From positions 2,243,630-2,307,629 of the forward strand of contig JADJEE010000012.1 in NCBI GenBank assembly GCA_016709225.1: a DNA stretch of 64,000 nt, given 5' to 3'. The DNA is from Deltaproteobacteria bacterium. GTDB taxonomy: Bacteria; Myxococcota_A; Polyangia; Nannocystales; Nannocystaceae. Below are positions 30,693 through 41,298 of the stretch, in pieces (position 1 is the stretch's first letter; every line of letters starts with the position of its first letter). The notes under the pieces are model-generated. The model did no database searches and was not told the origin of the DNA. It was given only the letters and a program-made list of their open reading frames with translations. The position numbers and the translations under genes are program-made.

Positions 30693-31487
30693 TTAATTCT
30701 CGCGCGGGGCCGTACCGCTCGCGCCGTCGCGACAAGGCCACAGGCCCACGAGGTCGTCGCCGCGACGGTACATCCAGCGCATCACCTCGCGCACGACGAG
30801 GTCGTCGTCGTCCACGCGCTGACGAGCATACGCGGGGCCCTTGGGGTCGAGCGCCATGAATGCAAAGAACCGTTCCGAGCCCTCACCGCACGGTGCGTCG
30901 AGGCGATAGACATCGAGGGCATCGTCTTGCCGCTGCCCGACTCCGAACGCGCGGCGCAGCGGTGCGCAGGCCCGCGCGGCCTCGATCAGTCGGTTCATCT
31001 CGCGCTCGTGACTGTCGCCGTCGAGCAGCGGCACCTTGCTGCGCAGGGCCGCGGCACAGGGGTACTCCGCGCAATCGACCACCTCGAGCTCCGCGTCGAT
31101 GCCGCAGGCCTCGAAGGCCTCGTCGACCGTCGCGGACCACTGCTCGGGCGACTCTATGCCGGTCGGCTCGGGGAACTCGTGGCGCACCGCAGCCCGCTCG
31201 CGGCGAGACTCGGCGAGCTCCGACTCGCACCAGCGTTGCCGCAGCTCGAGTTCCTCGCACGAGGCGTCACGCCCGAGCGGGCGCCCGACCGGCGCGCACA
31301 CCAGCGATCGCAACGCGCGTGGAACCGGCTGCGCTTGCGCGGGCTCGGGCTCGTCGGGGGCCGAGGTCGGCGGGATCGCGTCGATGGGCGCAGGCCACAC
31401 GCAGCGCCCAAGCGCGAATGCGGACCCCAGTGCGAGCACGCCGATCGCTGCGCGCAGTACAGACGACACGTGCGATGGCGTGGACAC
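30693..31487 (-). CDS. Secreted Cys-containing hypothetical protein
   Basis: Signal peptide (AAIGVLALGSAFALG). 264 aa. 8 Cys. Confidence 0.5.
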   Translation of the reverse strand: MSTPSHVSSVLRAAIGVLALGSAFALGRCVWPAPIDAIPPTSAPDEPEPAQAQPVPRALRSLVCAPVGRPLGRDASCEELELRQRWCESELAESRRERAAVRHEFPEPTGIESPEQWSATVDEAFEACGIDAELEVVDCAEYPCAAALRSKVPLLDGDSHEREMNRLIEAARACAPLRRAFGVGQRQDDALDVYRLDAPCGEGSERFFAFMALDPKGPAYARQRVDDDDLVVREVMRWMYRRGDDLVGLWPCRDGASGTAPREN

Positions 31488-31514
31488 TGCTCGCGATTGT
31501 AGCGCGCCGGCACG

Positions 31515-32594
31515 TCACTTCGGGCGCGGCTCGGGCAGCGGCGCGTCGCCGGGCGGCCACCGACCCTCGCGCATCACCCTGACCGCACGGCACAGCGTGA
31601 TCGCGGCGTTGTGGACCTCGGCCTCGACCGCATCGTCGAGTTCGAGATCGACATGGTTGGTCGCGTACGGCCGCAGGTAGCCGATGTAGCGGCCCACGGT
31701 CGCCTGCGGCCCGGCCGAGGTGAGGCCCAGGGTCGTGAGCCAGTCGACCAGCGACGAGGTCAGTCCGCGCACACCCTCGGCGTCGCCATGCACCACCACC
31801 GAGAAGGCGCGGCCCGCCAGGTGCTTGGGGTAGTCCCAGCCATCGAGCTCGACCTGCTTGGCGCGGCGAGGATCCTTGCCGCCGGTCAGCGTGGGATCGG
31901 GGTTGCCACCGTCGGCGCACACCAACCGATCGATCATCAGCTTGAGCACGCTGGGTGCCTGATACCAGTGCACGGGGGTGATGATCATGACCCCGTGCGC
32001 GGCGATCCACCGCTCGTAGATCTCCGCCATCCAGTCCTGCACCTGACCGAGACCGTGGTTGGGGTAGCACGAGCACGGCCAGTGACACAGCGGCATCGCA
32101 GTGGAGACGCAGCCCTTGCACGGGTGGATGTTGCGCCCGTACTCGGCGGTGATGCGGCCGAGATCGAGTACGTCGGTCTCCACGTCACCCGCCGTCGCGA
32201 TGCTCTCGCGCGCGAGCTCCAGCAGGCGATGGCTCTTGGGCTGCTCGCCGGGGCAGGTCTGATCGTTGCGTGGCGAGCCGCTGATGAGCAGGATTCGTCG
32301 CGGGTGCGATCGGTCGCGCCAGCGCTCACCCGCCGCCTCGATGCGCTCGCGGGTCGCGAGCCAGTCGACCGAGAGCTCGTAGCTGGGATCGTGGTAGCCG
32401 GGCCCGGCCGCACGCGTGCGCGGGGCCTTGCGACCGGCCTCGTACGCTTCGTGGGCGACGCCGACGATGCGGTCGATCGCGTCGTCGACCGCACGAAACC
32501 CGGAATCGACGAAGCGCTCGCGGGCCCGCGCACGGAAGGCTTCCGCCGTCAGGTGCACGCTGGGCTGGCCCTTGCGTGGATCGATGTCGGCCAT
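31515..32594 (-). CDS. Flavodoxin-fold NAD(P)H-dependent FMN reductase / iron-sulfur flavoprotein-like
   Basis: RILLISGSPR motif (FMN_red). Cys cluster (HPCKGC...CHWPCSC). ATG with GGAGAACC RBS. Confidence 0.7.
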   Translation of the reverse strand: MADIDPRKGQPSVHLTAEAFRARARERFVDSGFRAVDDAIDRIVGVAHEAYEAGRKAPRTRAAGPGYHDPSYELSVDWLATRERIEAAGERWRDRSHPRRILLISGSPRNDQTCPGEQPKSHRLLELARESIATAGDVETDVLDLGRITAEYGRNIHPCKGCVSTAMPLCHWPCSCYPNHGLGQVQDWMAEIYERWIAAHGVMIITPVHWYQAPSVLKLMIDRLVCADGGNPDPTLTGGKDPRRAKQVELDGWDYPKHLAGRAFSVVVHGDAEGVRGLTSSLVDWLTTLGLTSAGPQATVGRYIGYLRPYATNHVDLELDDAVEAEVHNAAITLCRAVRVMREGRWPPGDAPLPEPRPK

Positions 32595-32685
32595 GCGGAG
32601 GTTCTCCGGGCACAGCATGCGATCCAGGCCGAGGGGCGCCACCTCGCGCGGGGCGCTCGCGCGAGCGGTGGGCGCGAACGCGACG

Positions 32686-34335
32686 TCAGCAGCCGCCCAG
32701 GCCCGCGATCGCCGGCGCGTTGGGGTAGTTCGCCTTCGCCTCGCAGCCGCGTGCGCTCCGCAGCGACCGCAGCGGCTCGCGCCCGGCGGATTGGTCGGCC
32801 TTGAAGCGCGCCTCGACCATCGCGCCGAGCCCATCGTTGTCGGTGACGCACATGCCGCTGCCATCGGCACCACAGGCCTCGTCGCCGAGCTTGCCCGCGG
32901 CGAGCGCCTCGGCGAGCGCCTGCAGCGAGGCCTCGTCGGCCTTCGCGAGCGCGATGAACTTGCCCGCCGTTGGCGACGCCAGCGGAATCGAAGCCGGCAG
33001 GTCGGTGCCACCGATGCCGAAGTCGTCCTTGTGCACGGTGAGGATCTCATCGAGCAGCGGCACGAAGAGCTCGGAGTTCTTGGCGCCGGTGAAGCTCTTG
33101 GCCTTCACGCGCGGCAGCGCGTTGTGCCAAAGCCCGCAGCGGAACGACGACAGCGTCGGCGTGGTCCAGTCCAGCGCCCGCACCCGCATGACCTGGTCGG
33201 CCGTCAGCGCGCGCACCGACAGCAGCTGCTTCTCGTACGCGATCGTCGCCGCGCCGCGGGTCGGCATCATCGTGAGCGGATCGTTCGTGGCGGCCGGCGA
33301 GAAGCGCATGACCTTGTCCTGCCACCAATCCCACGGCCAGCCGGTCCCCATCAGCTGGAAGTAGACCGATGCGAGCCCCTCGTCGATGGTCGCATTGGTG
33401 GAGATGAGGCCGCTCTTGCCGTCCTCGGTGACGTACGTGAGCTGCTCGTCGCAGAACAGCGGCCGCAGCAGCGACATCGCCTCATCGACGTTGGCGGGGT
33501 TGCGACGCAGCCGCAGACGCGCCGTGGCGATGCGCTGCGTGTACGCCGAGCGGATGGTCTGCTCGAGCCGCGCGGCCGACTTGCGGAAGCTCGAACCCAC
33601 GCCCGCCAGCTGCTTGAAGTGCGGCGCCGCTGCCGTCTTGTCGGGCACGTGGTGCTCGAAGCTCACCGGCTCCGCGAACCAGTGCTGCCAGGGCGCCGAC
33701 AGCTCGTTCATGATCGGCGTCATCGGCATCTTCAGGCCCTCGATGTGCTCGGGCTGCTCGTGGCACTCCCGACAGTCCGACGGCGCGACCTGCAGCGCGA
33801 CCGCGGTGTCGCTGCCCTCGACCGGGGTGCCCTTGTAGAAGCGATACTGGAACGCCGCCGAGTCCCACGCGAACATCTCGATGGTTCGGACATCGACGTC
33901 GACGCCATCGGCGTCGGCAAACGACAGCGCGAAGAAGGCGAGATCGGCCTTGGTGCGATCATCGGAGCACACCGTGTTGACCACGCGGGGGAACGCACCG
34001 CCGCCATCGGCCACGAGATCGTCGGAGATCACGTAGCTGTCGATGGTGGTCTCGGCGCAGCCCTGCTGCTTCGCGATGCCCTTCAACAGGTCGAGATACC
34101 CGACCTCGAACTGGCCCTCCTCGTCGACCTGCGTGCGCAGGAAGGTCGCGATGGGGTCCTGGAAGCCCGCGAGCTGCTCGGCGACCGGGCCGTTCGCGTC
34201 GCACTTGCCGTCGACACACGCCGCACCATCGTCGCCGTCCTCCTCGCCCTCCTCCGCGCAGCCGGGCAGCAGGCTTGCCAGCGCGAGCGCGAGACCCAAC
34301 TCGAGGGGGGAACGGCGGCGAGACGTCGCAGACAT
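32686..34335 (-). CDS. Secreted lipoprotein, hypothetical (549 aa)
   Basis: Lipobox (LASLLPGC). Acidic linker. W-rich. No family recognised. Confidence 0.6.
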   Translation of the reverse strand: MSATSRRRSPLELGLALALASLLPGCAEEGEEDGDDGAACVDGKCDANGPVAEQLAGFQDPIATFLRTQVDEEGQFEVGYLDLLKGIAKQQGCAETTIDSYVISDDLVADGGGAFPRVVNTVCSDDRTKADLAFFALSFADADGVDVDVRTIEMFAWDSAAFQYRFYKGTPVEGSDTAVALQVAPSDCRECHEQPEHIEGLKMPMTPIMNELSAPWQHWFAEPVSFEHHVPDKTAAAPHFKQLAGVGSSFRKSAARLEQTIRSAYTQRIATARLRLRRNPANVDEAMSLLRPLFCDEQLTYVTEDGKSGLISTNATIDEGLASVYFQLMGTGWPWDWWQDKVMRFSPAATNDPLTMMPTRGAATIAYEKQLLSVRALTADQVMRVRALDWTTPTLSSFRCGLWHNALPRVKAKSFTGAKNSELFVPLLDEILTVHKDDFGIGGTDLPASIPLASPTAGKFIALAKADEASLQALAEALAAGKLGDEACGADGSGMCVTDNDGLGAMVEARFKADQSAGREPLRSLRSARGCEAKANYPNAPAIAGLGGC

Positions 34336-34557
34336 GGCTCGCGCTAGTAGTGCGGGATCGCGGCCGGCCGTTCGCGACGATCGCCCGCGAAGGGGCATTT
34401 GGAGTGGAAACCCGTCACGCCGCAGGCGAAGGCGCGACCGCCCGTGCGGCGCCACGCCGTCTGGTTCGCGCGCGCCTGCGCGGGCAATCTCACGGTCTTT
34501 GCGGCGGGGCCGATCACGTCGGTACGCGACCGCTCAGGGCGACGCGACGATCGGTCG

Positions 34558-37500
34558 TCACGGCCGCACGAGCGTCGCGAGCCACGCGTCGATCTCGGCG
34601 CGCTCGGGCGCGGCCGGATCGTAGAGCGCTTGCGCGGCACGGGCGAGCTCGTCCACGTCGGATCGCGAGCCGCCGCTGGCCCAGGTCGCCTCGGCGAGTC
34701 GGCGGCGTGCGGTCGCGCGCTGATCGGCCGACGCACCGCCGCGATCGAGACGCTCCTGCGCCTCACGAGCCGTGGCAAGGGCCGCGTCGGCGTCGCCCAG
34801 CTGCAGCTGCGCGGTGCACAGATCGAGCAGGACCGCGCCGAGGTCGGGATGATCGGGCTGCGTCTTTGCCAGCAAAGTCCGAGCGCGCTCGAAATGGGCG
34901 AGCGCCGCGGCCGGGCGCCCGAACGCGAGCTCGTCGTTGCCCAGGCCCACGAGGATGGGCGGCAGCAAGGTGTGCGCGGGGCCCAGCTTCTCCTCGATGA
35001 TCGCGAGCGCCCGCCGGTGATGTGCGAGCGCGTCGTCGAGGCGACCCAACGCTCGTTCGGCGTCGCCGAGGTTGCCGAGGGCGTTGGCCAGCTCGGGATG
35101 GTCCGGCCCGAGCGCGCGCTCGAAGATCGCCACGGCGCGCTCGAGCTGCCGCGCGGCGTCGGCCGGCCGCTTCGCACTGCGCGTGACGACGCCCAGATTG
35201 GTGAGGCTCTGCGCAACGCGGGGATGATCGGGCCCGAAGGCGGCCTCGTTGACCGCGAGCACGCGCGCCATCAATGCGGCAGCCTGCTCGAGATCGCCGC
35301 GACGCCAGTACACCTCGGCCTCGTTCGACAGCGCGTTGGCGACGTCAGGGTGATCCTCGCCGAAGGTGGCGACGAAGATCGCTCGCGCCTGCTCGTAGCT
35401 CGCGAGCGCATCGTCGAGGCGGCCGAGATCGACGAGCGTGGTGCCGAGGTTGTTGAGCGACAACGCCACGTCGGGGTGCTCGGGACCAAGCCGCTCGCGG
35501 AGGATCGCGAGTGCACGCGTGTGATGGGCGAGCGCATCGTCGAGGCGGCCGAGATCGCGGGCCATCACGCCGAGCTCGTTGTGCATCCGCGCACCGCGGA
35601 GGTCACCCTCCTCGCCGAGTCGCTCGACCAGCGACTCGGCCCAGCGCGCCCACAGCTGGCCTTCGGCGGGCCGCACCAGTCGCAGCGCGACGACCACCGC
35701 GAGGCGGCGCGCCGCATCGGCCGCCTCGGCATCCTCGCCCAGCTCGACGGCGGCGAGCACCGCCTGGGTCAGCTCGCGCTCGGCATCCTCGTGACGGCCG
35801 ACCCTCTCGAGCAGTGCCCCGACACGCGCGCGGCTGCGGACGATGAGCGCCGGATCACCGTGCGCCTCGGCGTCGGCGAGCAAGCCCTCGGCCATCGCGA
35901 GCGCGGGTTCGGCACGGCCTGCCGCCTGCAGCGCATCGACGCGGACGAGCTGCCGTTCGATCGCGAGATCGCTCGCATCGCGCTCGGCCGGGGCATGACG
36001 AACCACCCAACCGACGTCCTGGCAGCGCTCGACCGGGGGCAGCTCGGCCGCGAGCAGCAGTGCCTTGCCGACGAACTTCCGGTCGGCCTCACGCGCGACC
36101 TCGAGAAGCGCCGCGAGCGACTCGGCCTCGAGGTCCAGACAGTCGCGCATTCCGGCGACGATCGCAGGGGGCTGCGTGCCGTCCAGCCCCGCACGGCACG
36201 CATCGACGCGCGCGGCGGACCAGCGTGCGGCATAGTCGTCGATGGCGGGCGAGAACTTCGCGATCGTCGGGGTCGCAAACGGCACCTCGGTGGTGCGCAT
36301 CGCGGTCTCGACCTCGGCACGGATGCGATCGTCCCAGTGCTCGTCGATGGCATCGCCCTCGCGATCGCAACCTGCGAGCGCGCGCACGTGGGCGATCCGC
36401 CACGCCGCCGCGCCGCCGCCGGCGAGCGCGAGCAACCCACCCACCGCCAACCAACGTCGACGGCGCTGTCGCGGATCGCGGGCGAGGGCAGCGAGCAGCG
36501 CATCGAGATCTTCGAAGCGGTCGGCCGGCGCCAGGGCAAGCCCGCGATCGAGCACCCGGCGTACGAACGTGGGAACGCCAGTCGCGAGCTTCGGTTCGAC
36601 ACGTCGGCCCGAGAGCACCGCGGCCGCCAGTTCGGGCAGCGAACGCGCGGCGAACGGACGACTGCCGTACACGCCCTCCCACAGCGCCACGCAGAAGCTG
36701 AACTGATCCGAGCGGGGATCGATCGGCATGCTCTGGAACTGCTCGGGGGACATATACGCTGGCGTACCCACCGTCGTGCCGGTGCGCGTCAGATCGGTGG
36801 CGAGCGCGTCGGTGCGCGGCCGCGGCCCGTCGCTCGTGATCTCGTCGACGTGCTGCACCCGCACGAGCCCGAAGTCCATGACGAGCACGCGACCGTCGTC
36901 GCCGACCATCACGTTGTCGGGCTTGAAGTCGCGATGCACGAGCCCCTTGCGATGCGCGGCCGCGAGTCCGCGTCCGGCCTGCATCATGACGGCGATCACC
37001 TCGCTCCACGTGCGCGGACTCGCCTGCAGCCACTGCCGGAGCGTCACGCCCTGCACCAGCTCCATCGCGAGAAACACCTGGCCCTCGTGCGTGCCGACGT
37101 CATGCACGGCGATGACATTGGGGTGGCTCACCCGCGCCATCGCCTGGGCCTCGCGCAGCAGTCGATCGTCGACGCCGGGGCTGGCGGCCGCCTGGTCCTC
37201 GTCGCCGAAGAGCCGATGCATGAGCCGCCCCAGCACGCGGGCCTCGCCGAGCTCCGCATGCAGTCGATGCAGCAGTTTGAGCGCGACCCGGCGGTCGAGC
37301 TCGGGATCGTACGCCGCATAGACGGTCCCCATGCCGCCCGCACCGAGCCGATCGAGCACCACGTAGCGACCGATCGTCTGGCCGCGCGCGAAGCCCTCGC
37401 CGCGTGGGCGGGCACCGGTGCCGTCGGCCGGCCCCGAGCCTTTGGTCGTCTCGGTCTCGCCGCTCACATGCTTCCGCCCGCTTCGCGCTGCCCGCTGGCT

Positions 37501-37638
37501 GTCGTCGGGCGCTCGGCAACCTGTGCGGGACGCCGGTCGCTCGAGCGTACCAGGGTTGTACGCGGCCGCGGCACCAACCCCACCGCGCCGCCGCTCCCCA
37601 CGGCGCATCGCACGGATCGGCTCGCGCCATCGAGCCAC
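34558..37638 (-). CDS. Ser/Thr protein kinase with a long C-terminal TPR array (paralogue of 19895-22810)
   Basis: GAGGMGTVY, VALK, HRDFKPDN, DFG, SPE. About 45-aa insert after the catalytic Lys. About 600 aa of TPR. The start is uncertain (non-ATG in the track; next in-frame ATG at 37608). Confidence 0.85.
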   Translation of the reverse strand: MARWREPIRAMRRGERRRGGVGAAAAYNPGTLERPASRTGCRAPDDSQRAARSGRKHVSGETETTKGSGPADGTGARPRGEGFARGQTIGRYVVLDRLGAGGMGTVYAAYDPELDRRVALKLLHRLHAELGEARVLGRLMHRLFGDEDQAAASPGVDDRLLREAQAMARVSHPNVIAVHDVGTHEGQVFLAMELVQGVTLRQWLQASPRTWSEVIAVMMQAGRGLAAAHRKGLVHRDFKPDNVMVGDDGRVLVMDFGLVRVQHVDEITSDGPRPRTDALATDLTRTGTTVGTPAYMSPEQFQSMPIDPRSDQFSFCVALWEGVYGSRPFAARSLPELAAAVLSGRRVEPKLATGVPTFVRRVLDRGLALAPADRFEDLDALLAALARDPRQRRRRWLAVGGLLALAGGGAAAWRIAHVRALAGCDREGDAIDEHWDDRIRAEVETAMRTTEVPFATPTIAKFSPAIDDYAARWSAARVDACRAGLDGTQPPAIVAGMRDCLDLEAESLAALLEVAREADRKFVGKALLLAAELPPVERCQDVGWVVRHAPAERDASDLAIERQLVRVDALQAAGRAEPALAMAEGLLADAEAHGDPALIVRSRARVGALLERVGRHEDAERELTQAVLAAVELGEDAEAADAARRLAVVVALRLVRPAEGQLWARWAESLVERLGEEGDLRGARMHNELGVMARDLGRLDDALAHHTRALAILRERLGPEHPDVALSLNNLGTTLVDLGRLDDALASYEQARAIFVATFGEDHPDVANALSNEAEVYWRRGDLEQAAALMARVLAVNEAAFGPDHPRVAQSLTNLGVVTRSAKRPADAARQLERAVAIFERALGPDHPELANALGNLGDAERALGRLDDALAHHRRALAIIEEKLGPAHTLLPPILVGLGNDELAFGRPAAALAHFERARTLLAKTQPDHPDLGAVLLDLCTAQLQLGDADAALATAREAQERLDRGGASADQRATARRRLAEATWASGGSRSDVDELARAAQALYDPAAPERAEIDAWLATLVRP

Positions 37639-37706
37639 GCATGGACGCGACGCGGAGCGACGCGGCCGGCTTCGGGTAACATCGCCGCCCCGAGGGAGAG
37701 CCGACG

Positions 37707-38168
37707 ATGCGCAAGGTGACGCCGTTTCTGATGTTCGACGACCAGCTCGAAGCCGCGATGGCGTTCTACACCGCCACGTTCCCGGACTCCGAGATCAAGA
37801 ACGTCGCGCGCACCGGCGCAGATGGGCCGGTCAGTTCCGCGGAGTTCGTCGTCGGTGGTCAGGCGTTCATGGGCTACAACGGCGGGCCGTACTTTTCGTT
37901 CTCGGAGGGTTTCTCGCTGTACGTCGACTGCGAGGACCAGGCCGAGGTCGATGCGTACTGGAACAAGCTCGTCGAGGCCGGCGCCACGCCGACCCAGTGT
38001 GGTTGGATCAAGGACCCGTTCGGCGTCACCTGGCAGATCGTGCCGCGGCGCTTCACCGAGCTCATCCGCGACGCAGACCGGAAGAAGGTCAAGGCCGTAA
38101 TGGACGCGATGTTGACCATGGTGAAGCTCGACGTCGCGGCGCTCGAGCGCGCCTACGACGAGGCGTAG
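37707..38168 (+). CDS. PhnB-like VOC-family protein (3-demethylubiquinone-9 3-methyltransferase-like domain)
   Basis: 153 aa. MRKVTPFLMFDDQ...A..FY...F consensus of the PhnB/glyoxalase fold. Confidence 0.8.
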   Translation: MRKVTPFLMFDDQLEAAMAFYTATFPDSEIKNVARTGADGPVSSAEFVVGGQAFMGYNGGPYFSFSEGFSLYVDCEDQAEVDAYWNKLVEAGATPTQCGWIKDPFGVTWQIVPRRFTELIRDADRKKVKAVMDAMLTMVKLDVAALERAYDEA

Positions 38169-38250
38169 CCCGCCGCACCGAACCGGCCTCGATGACGTGG
38201 GTCACCCTTCATCCGGGAACCCGCGGGCGCGCCGGTGGTCGTTGGTCCCG

Positions 38251-40476
38251 ATGCGACTGGGTGCTGGCCTGCTCCTCGTGCTCACGAGCTGCTCCGCGGT
38301 CGCGTCGCCGAGCTCGCCCGACGACGTGCCGACGGCGGACGCCGACGTGCTCGCAGTGGGCAGCACCTACGCGAGCGCAGGATTCCCGGAGACCGCCGGT
38401 CGACCTTGGGTGGTGCGCGTGGAGCAGGTGCCCGGGCGCGCGAGCGCCTGTGTCGAAGGGATCCTGGTGCGATCGAGCTTGGGGGACGAGCTGTTGTTGA
38501 CCCCGAATCTCGAGGTCGACTGGGAACCCAGCCTGCCGGCACGGGTGCCGCCGTGGCTGCGCACCGCCTCGCCGGTGGGGACGGACGAAGCCTTCGATCC
38601 GGTGCCCCGCGTGGCGCGTGCGGGGCGTGCACGCGAGGACGTGACGATCCACGAGGTGCGACTCGATGCGACGGCGGAGCTCTCGGCGCCCCTGCGCGGT
38701 GCAACGCCGGCGTGGACGCTCCTCGGTTGCGGCGGTGAACCGCCCGGCGGCGCCTACCGGCCGCTGGTGCTGGCGGCGTGGGCCATGGCCGCGGGGCAGC
38801 GGCAGCTGGCCGCCGACCTCGAGCGCACCAGCACAATCGACGCGCGTCGGGGATTCGCCGACCACCTCGCCACGCAGGTGGCCATCGAGGCCGCATCGGC
38901 GTTCGCATCGTTCGCGCCGCGGCCGTACGTCATCGGGCGGCTCGCGCGGGTCGTCGCGTTGGCGCCACGATCCTCGGCGGCGAAGTGGGCGAGCGACATG
39001 GCGGCGCGAATCGGCCACGATCCTCGTCCGGACGGTACTGGTCTGCAGGCGGACGCGGCGTTGCTGGCGGACGATCACGGATCAGGCGTGATCGGCCCCG
39101 AGCTGCGTTCTCCGTTCGCCGAGCTGACGCGTGCGCGATGGCGAGGACTGCCCTGGCTCGTGGCTCGGCTCGGTGACGCGACGCCCACGCGCGATGCGTA
39201 TTTCTCGGATGGGGGGCGGATCCCGCGGTTTCGCACGGTCGGAGAGAAAGCACACCAGGCGATCGAGCGAATCGCCGGCCGGCGATTCGCCGACCGCGAC
39301 GCGATCGTCGCGTGGTGGAAGGTCGCCGAGGCCCGCGGCGAGCGGCGCACGTGGTTCGCCGACTTCGCCGATGCCGCGGGCGTCGAGACCTGCATGCTGG
39401 CCGAACGCATCGTAGTCACGGCCGCACCGGCCGCGCTGCAGGCCGACGTCGACGCGCTGCTCGCCCTGCAGCCGCAATCACGGGCATCCACCCTCGCGTG
39501 CGTGCTCGTGTCGCTGCCCGAGTACGTGCGGATCGACGCGCCCGCCCGGACGGGCCCCTCCGTCGCGCTGCTGCAGCGCAGCCTCGACGATCCCGATCCG
39601 CAGCTGGTCGCGCGTGCGGCCGAGGTGTTGCTGGAGATCGACCCGGTCCGCGCCGCGCGTTCGGTGGTCGAACCATTGCGACGCACGCAGCCGTCCGAGT
39701 GGAACGACGAATGGTCGGTGGACGCACTGGTCTACGATCTGCTGCGTGCCGACCCGAGTGCCGGTGGCGACGCGGTGGTGGGGTTCTTGGCCGATCGCGA
39801 GGGCGAGTGGTTCGAGGCCGCGGTGCAGGGCCTGTCGGAGTGCCTCGACGACGACTGCCTGCCCACGCGGCCCCGGACGCGCCGCCGCGCCGCTGCGGTG
39901 CTGCACGCCGAGGCCGCACGCACGAGCAACCTCGCGAGCTGGGACGATCGCGTGTATCGAGCCGCGCATCTGCTCGCCACGGGCCGCCGGCTCGCCCCGT
40001 CGGAGACCTTGCTGGCCGGGCTGCGGCGCGCGCTGCCCGAGCTGCGCCGAAGGGGGCTGAGCGTCGGAATCGAGCCGCGCGTGCTGCAGCCGACCGCCGC
40101 GGCCACGAGCGACGAGGTGGCACGCGTGGTGTTCGTCGATGCATCCGCGGGCGCCGAGGTCGAGGCCCTGCGTTCGTTGCCGGGCGCAGCCTTCGACCCG
40201 GTGCGGTTCTCCGACGCGCTCATGCGTTGGGTGGGCACCCGCGGCCGCGCGACCGCGGTGATCGAACGCCACCCCGAAGGCGGGATCTCCATCTATCTCG
40301 AGCGGCGCTGCGACGACGAGCAGACCGGCGTGATGGTTCGCGTCGACGGTCTCGGCGCGGGCTGCGGTACGCTGGAGTGCTTGCCCGATCTGGTGCGCGA
40401 GCGCGTCCTTCGACGACCCACCCGCGAAGCGATCGTCTGCGTGGTGACCGACGATCCCACGCAAGGCGTGGACTAG
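38251..40476 (+). CDS. Large secreted lipoprotein, hypothetical (741 aa, helical-repeat-like)
   Basis: Lipobox (LLLVLTSC) from ATG 38251. Protein-like composition throughout. Confidence 0.5.
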   Translation: MRLGAGLLLVLTSCSAVASPSSPDDVPTADADVLAVGSTYASAGFPETAGRPWVVRVEQVPGRASACVEGILVRSSLGDELLLTPNLEVDWEPSLPARVPPWLRTASPVGTDEAFDPVPRVARAGRAREDVTIHEVRLDATAELSAPLRGATPAWTLLGCGGEPPGGAYRPLVLAAWAMAAGQRQLAADLERTSTIDARRGFADHLATQVAIEAASAFASFAPRPYVIGRLARVVALAPRSSAAKWASDMAARIGHDPRPDGTGLQADAALLADDHGSGVIGPELRSPFAELTRARWRGLPWLVARLGDATPTRDAYFSDGGRIPRFRTVGEKAHQAIERIAGRRFADRDAIVAWWKVAEARGERRTWFADFADAAGVETCMLAERIVVTAAPAALQADVDALLALQPQSRASTLACVLVSLPEYVRIDAPARTGPSVALLQRSLDDPDPQLVARAAEVLLEIDPVRAARSVVEPLRRTQPSEWNDEWSVDALVYDLLRADPSAGGDAVVGFLADREGEWFEAAVQGLSECLDDDCLPTRPRTRRRAAAVLHAEAARTSNLASWDDRVYRAAHLLATGRRLAPSETLLAGLRRALPELRRRGLSVGIEPRVLQPTAAATSDEVARVVFVDASAGAEVEALRSLPGAAFDPVRFSDALMRWVGTRGRATAVIERHPEGGISIYLERRCDDEQTGVMVRVDGLGAGCGTLECLPDLVRERVLRRPTREAIVCVVTDDPTQGVD

Positions 40477-40677
40477 CTCTGCCGCTCGTGCCCATGCTCG
40501 AGCGAGCTCGGCGATCCGCGTGGACGTTGCGTGATCGCATGTGACGGGCGCCAGCGTCCGTCAATTCGATTGAAGGCCGAGCGTCGCGCCGACGTAGGTG
40601 CATCGAGGCGCCGTCCGCATGGTCTTCCGCTGCACCACGAGCGCACGCATCGCGTGGCCCCTGGGCGGGGCGTCGCG

Positions 40678-41298
40678 ATGACGCGGCGGCGTGCCGATCC
40701 CAGTGCCCTGGTCCGAGCGGGTGCCGATCGCTCCGACGCCCCCGCACCTGCGGCGCCCGCCCGCCTGCAGTCCACCGTCACCTCGTTCGGGACCGTCGCC
40801 CTCTCCCGCGGCGAGGTGCTCGCCCGGCTCGCTCCGCCGGAGCCCGAGCCGCGGGTGCTCTTCGCCGAGCGCTACGACCTGCGCATCACGGAGTCGGGCG
40901 CGCGGGCGAGTCGCGATCGCAACGGATTGTTCTTCGCCAAGGCCGCGGTCGAGATCGATCTCGTCGCCATCGACGACATGCACACGAGCGTCGCCATCCG
41001 CGCGGTCCGCCGCTGGGGCCCCGTCGAGATCGCCGTCGTCGTCGTGCCGCTGCTGGTACTCGTTCTCGAGGCGTTGATCACGATGCCGCTCGCCTCGGGG
41101 TACATGCTGCGCGCGTTCGCCCTGTTCACGCTGTTGGCCACCGGCGCCCGGCGGTACCGGGCGTGGGTCGAGCGCACACGACTGGAGCGCGAGATCCGTG
41201 CGCGTCTCGCCGCCTTCGTGGTGCCGGACCAGCCGCTCGAGCTGCCGTACCGCAAGGGCGCCGCGCAGCTGCCCGAAGGCGAACGCTCGCCACAGTGA
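40678..41298 (+). CDS. Small membrane-associated hypothetical protein
   Basis: ATG at 40678. Two hydrophobic helices near the C-terminus. Weak call. Confidence 0.35.
   Translation: MTRRRADPSALVRAGADRSDAPAPAAPARLQSTVTSFGTVALSRGEVLARLAPPEPEPRVLFAERYDLRITESGARASRDRNGLFFAKAAVEIDLVAIDDMHTSVAIRAVRRWGPVEIAVVVVPLLVLVLEALITMPLASGYMLRAFALFTLLATGARRYRAWVERTRLEREIRARLAAFVVPDQPLELPYRKGAAQLPEGERSPQ

Noticed and set aside
34399-37719. 1106-aa + strand ORF
   Set aside because: Antisense to the second kinase-TPR gene. Low-complexity Arg/Gly-rich translation.
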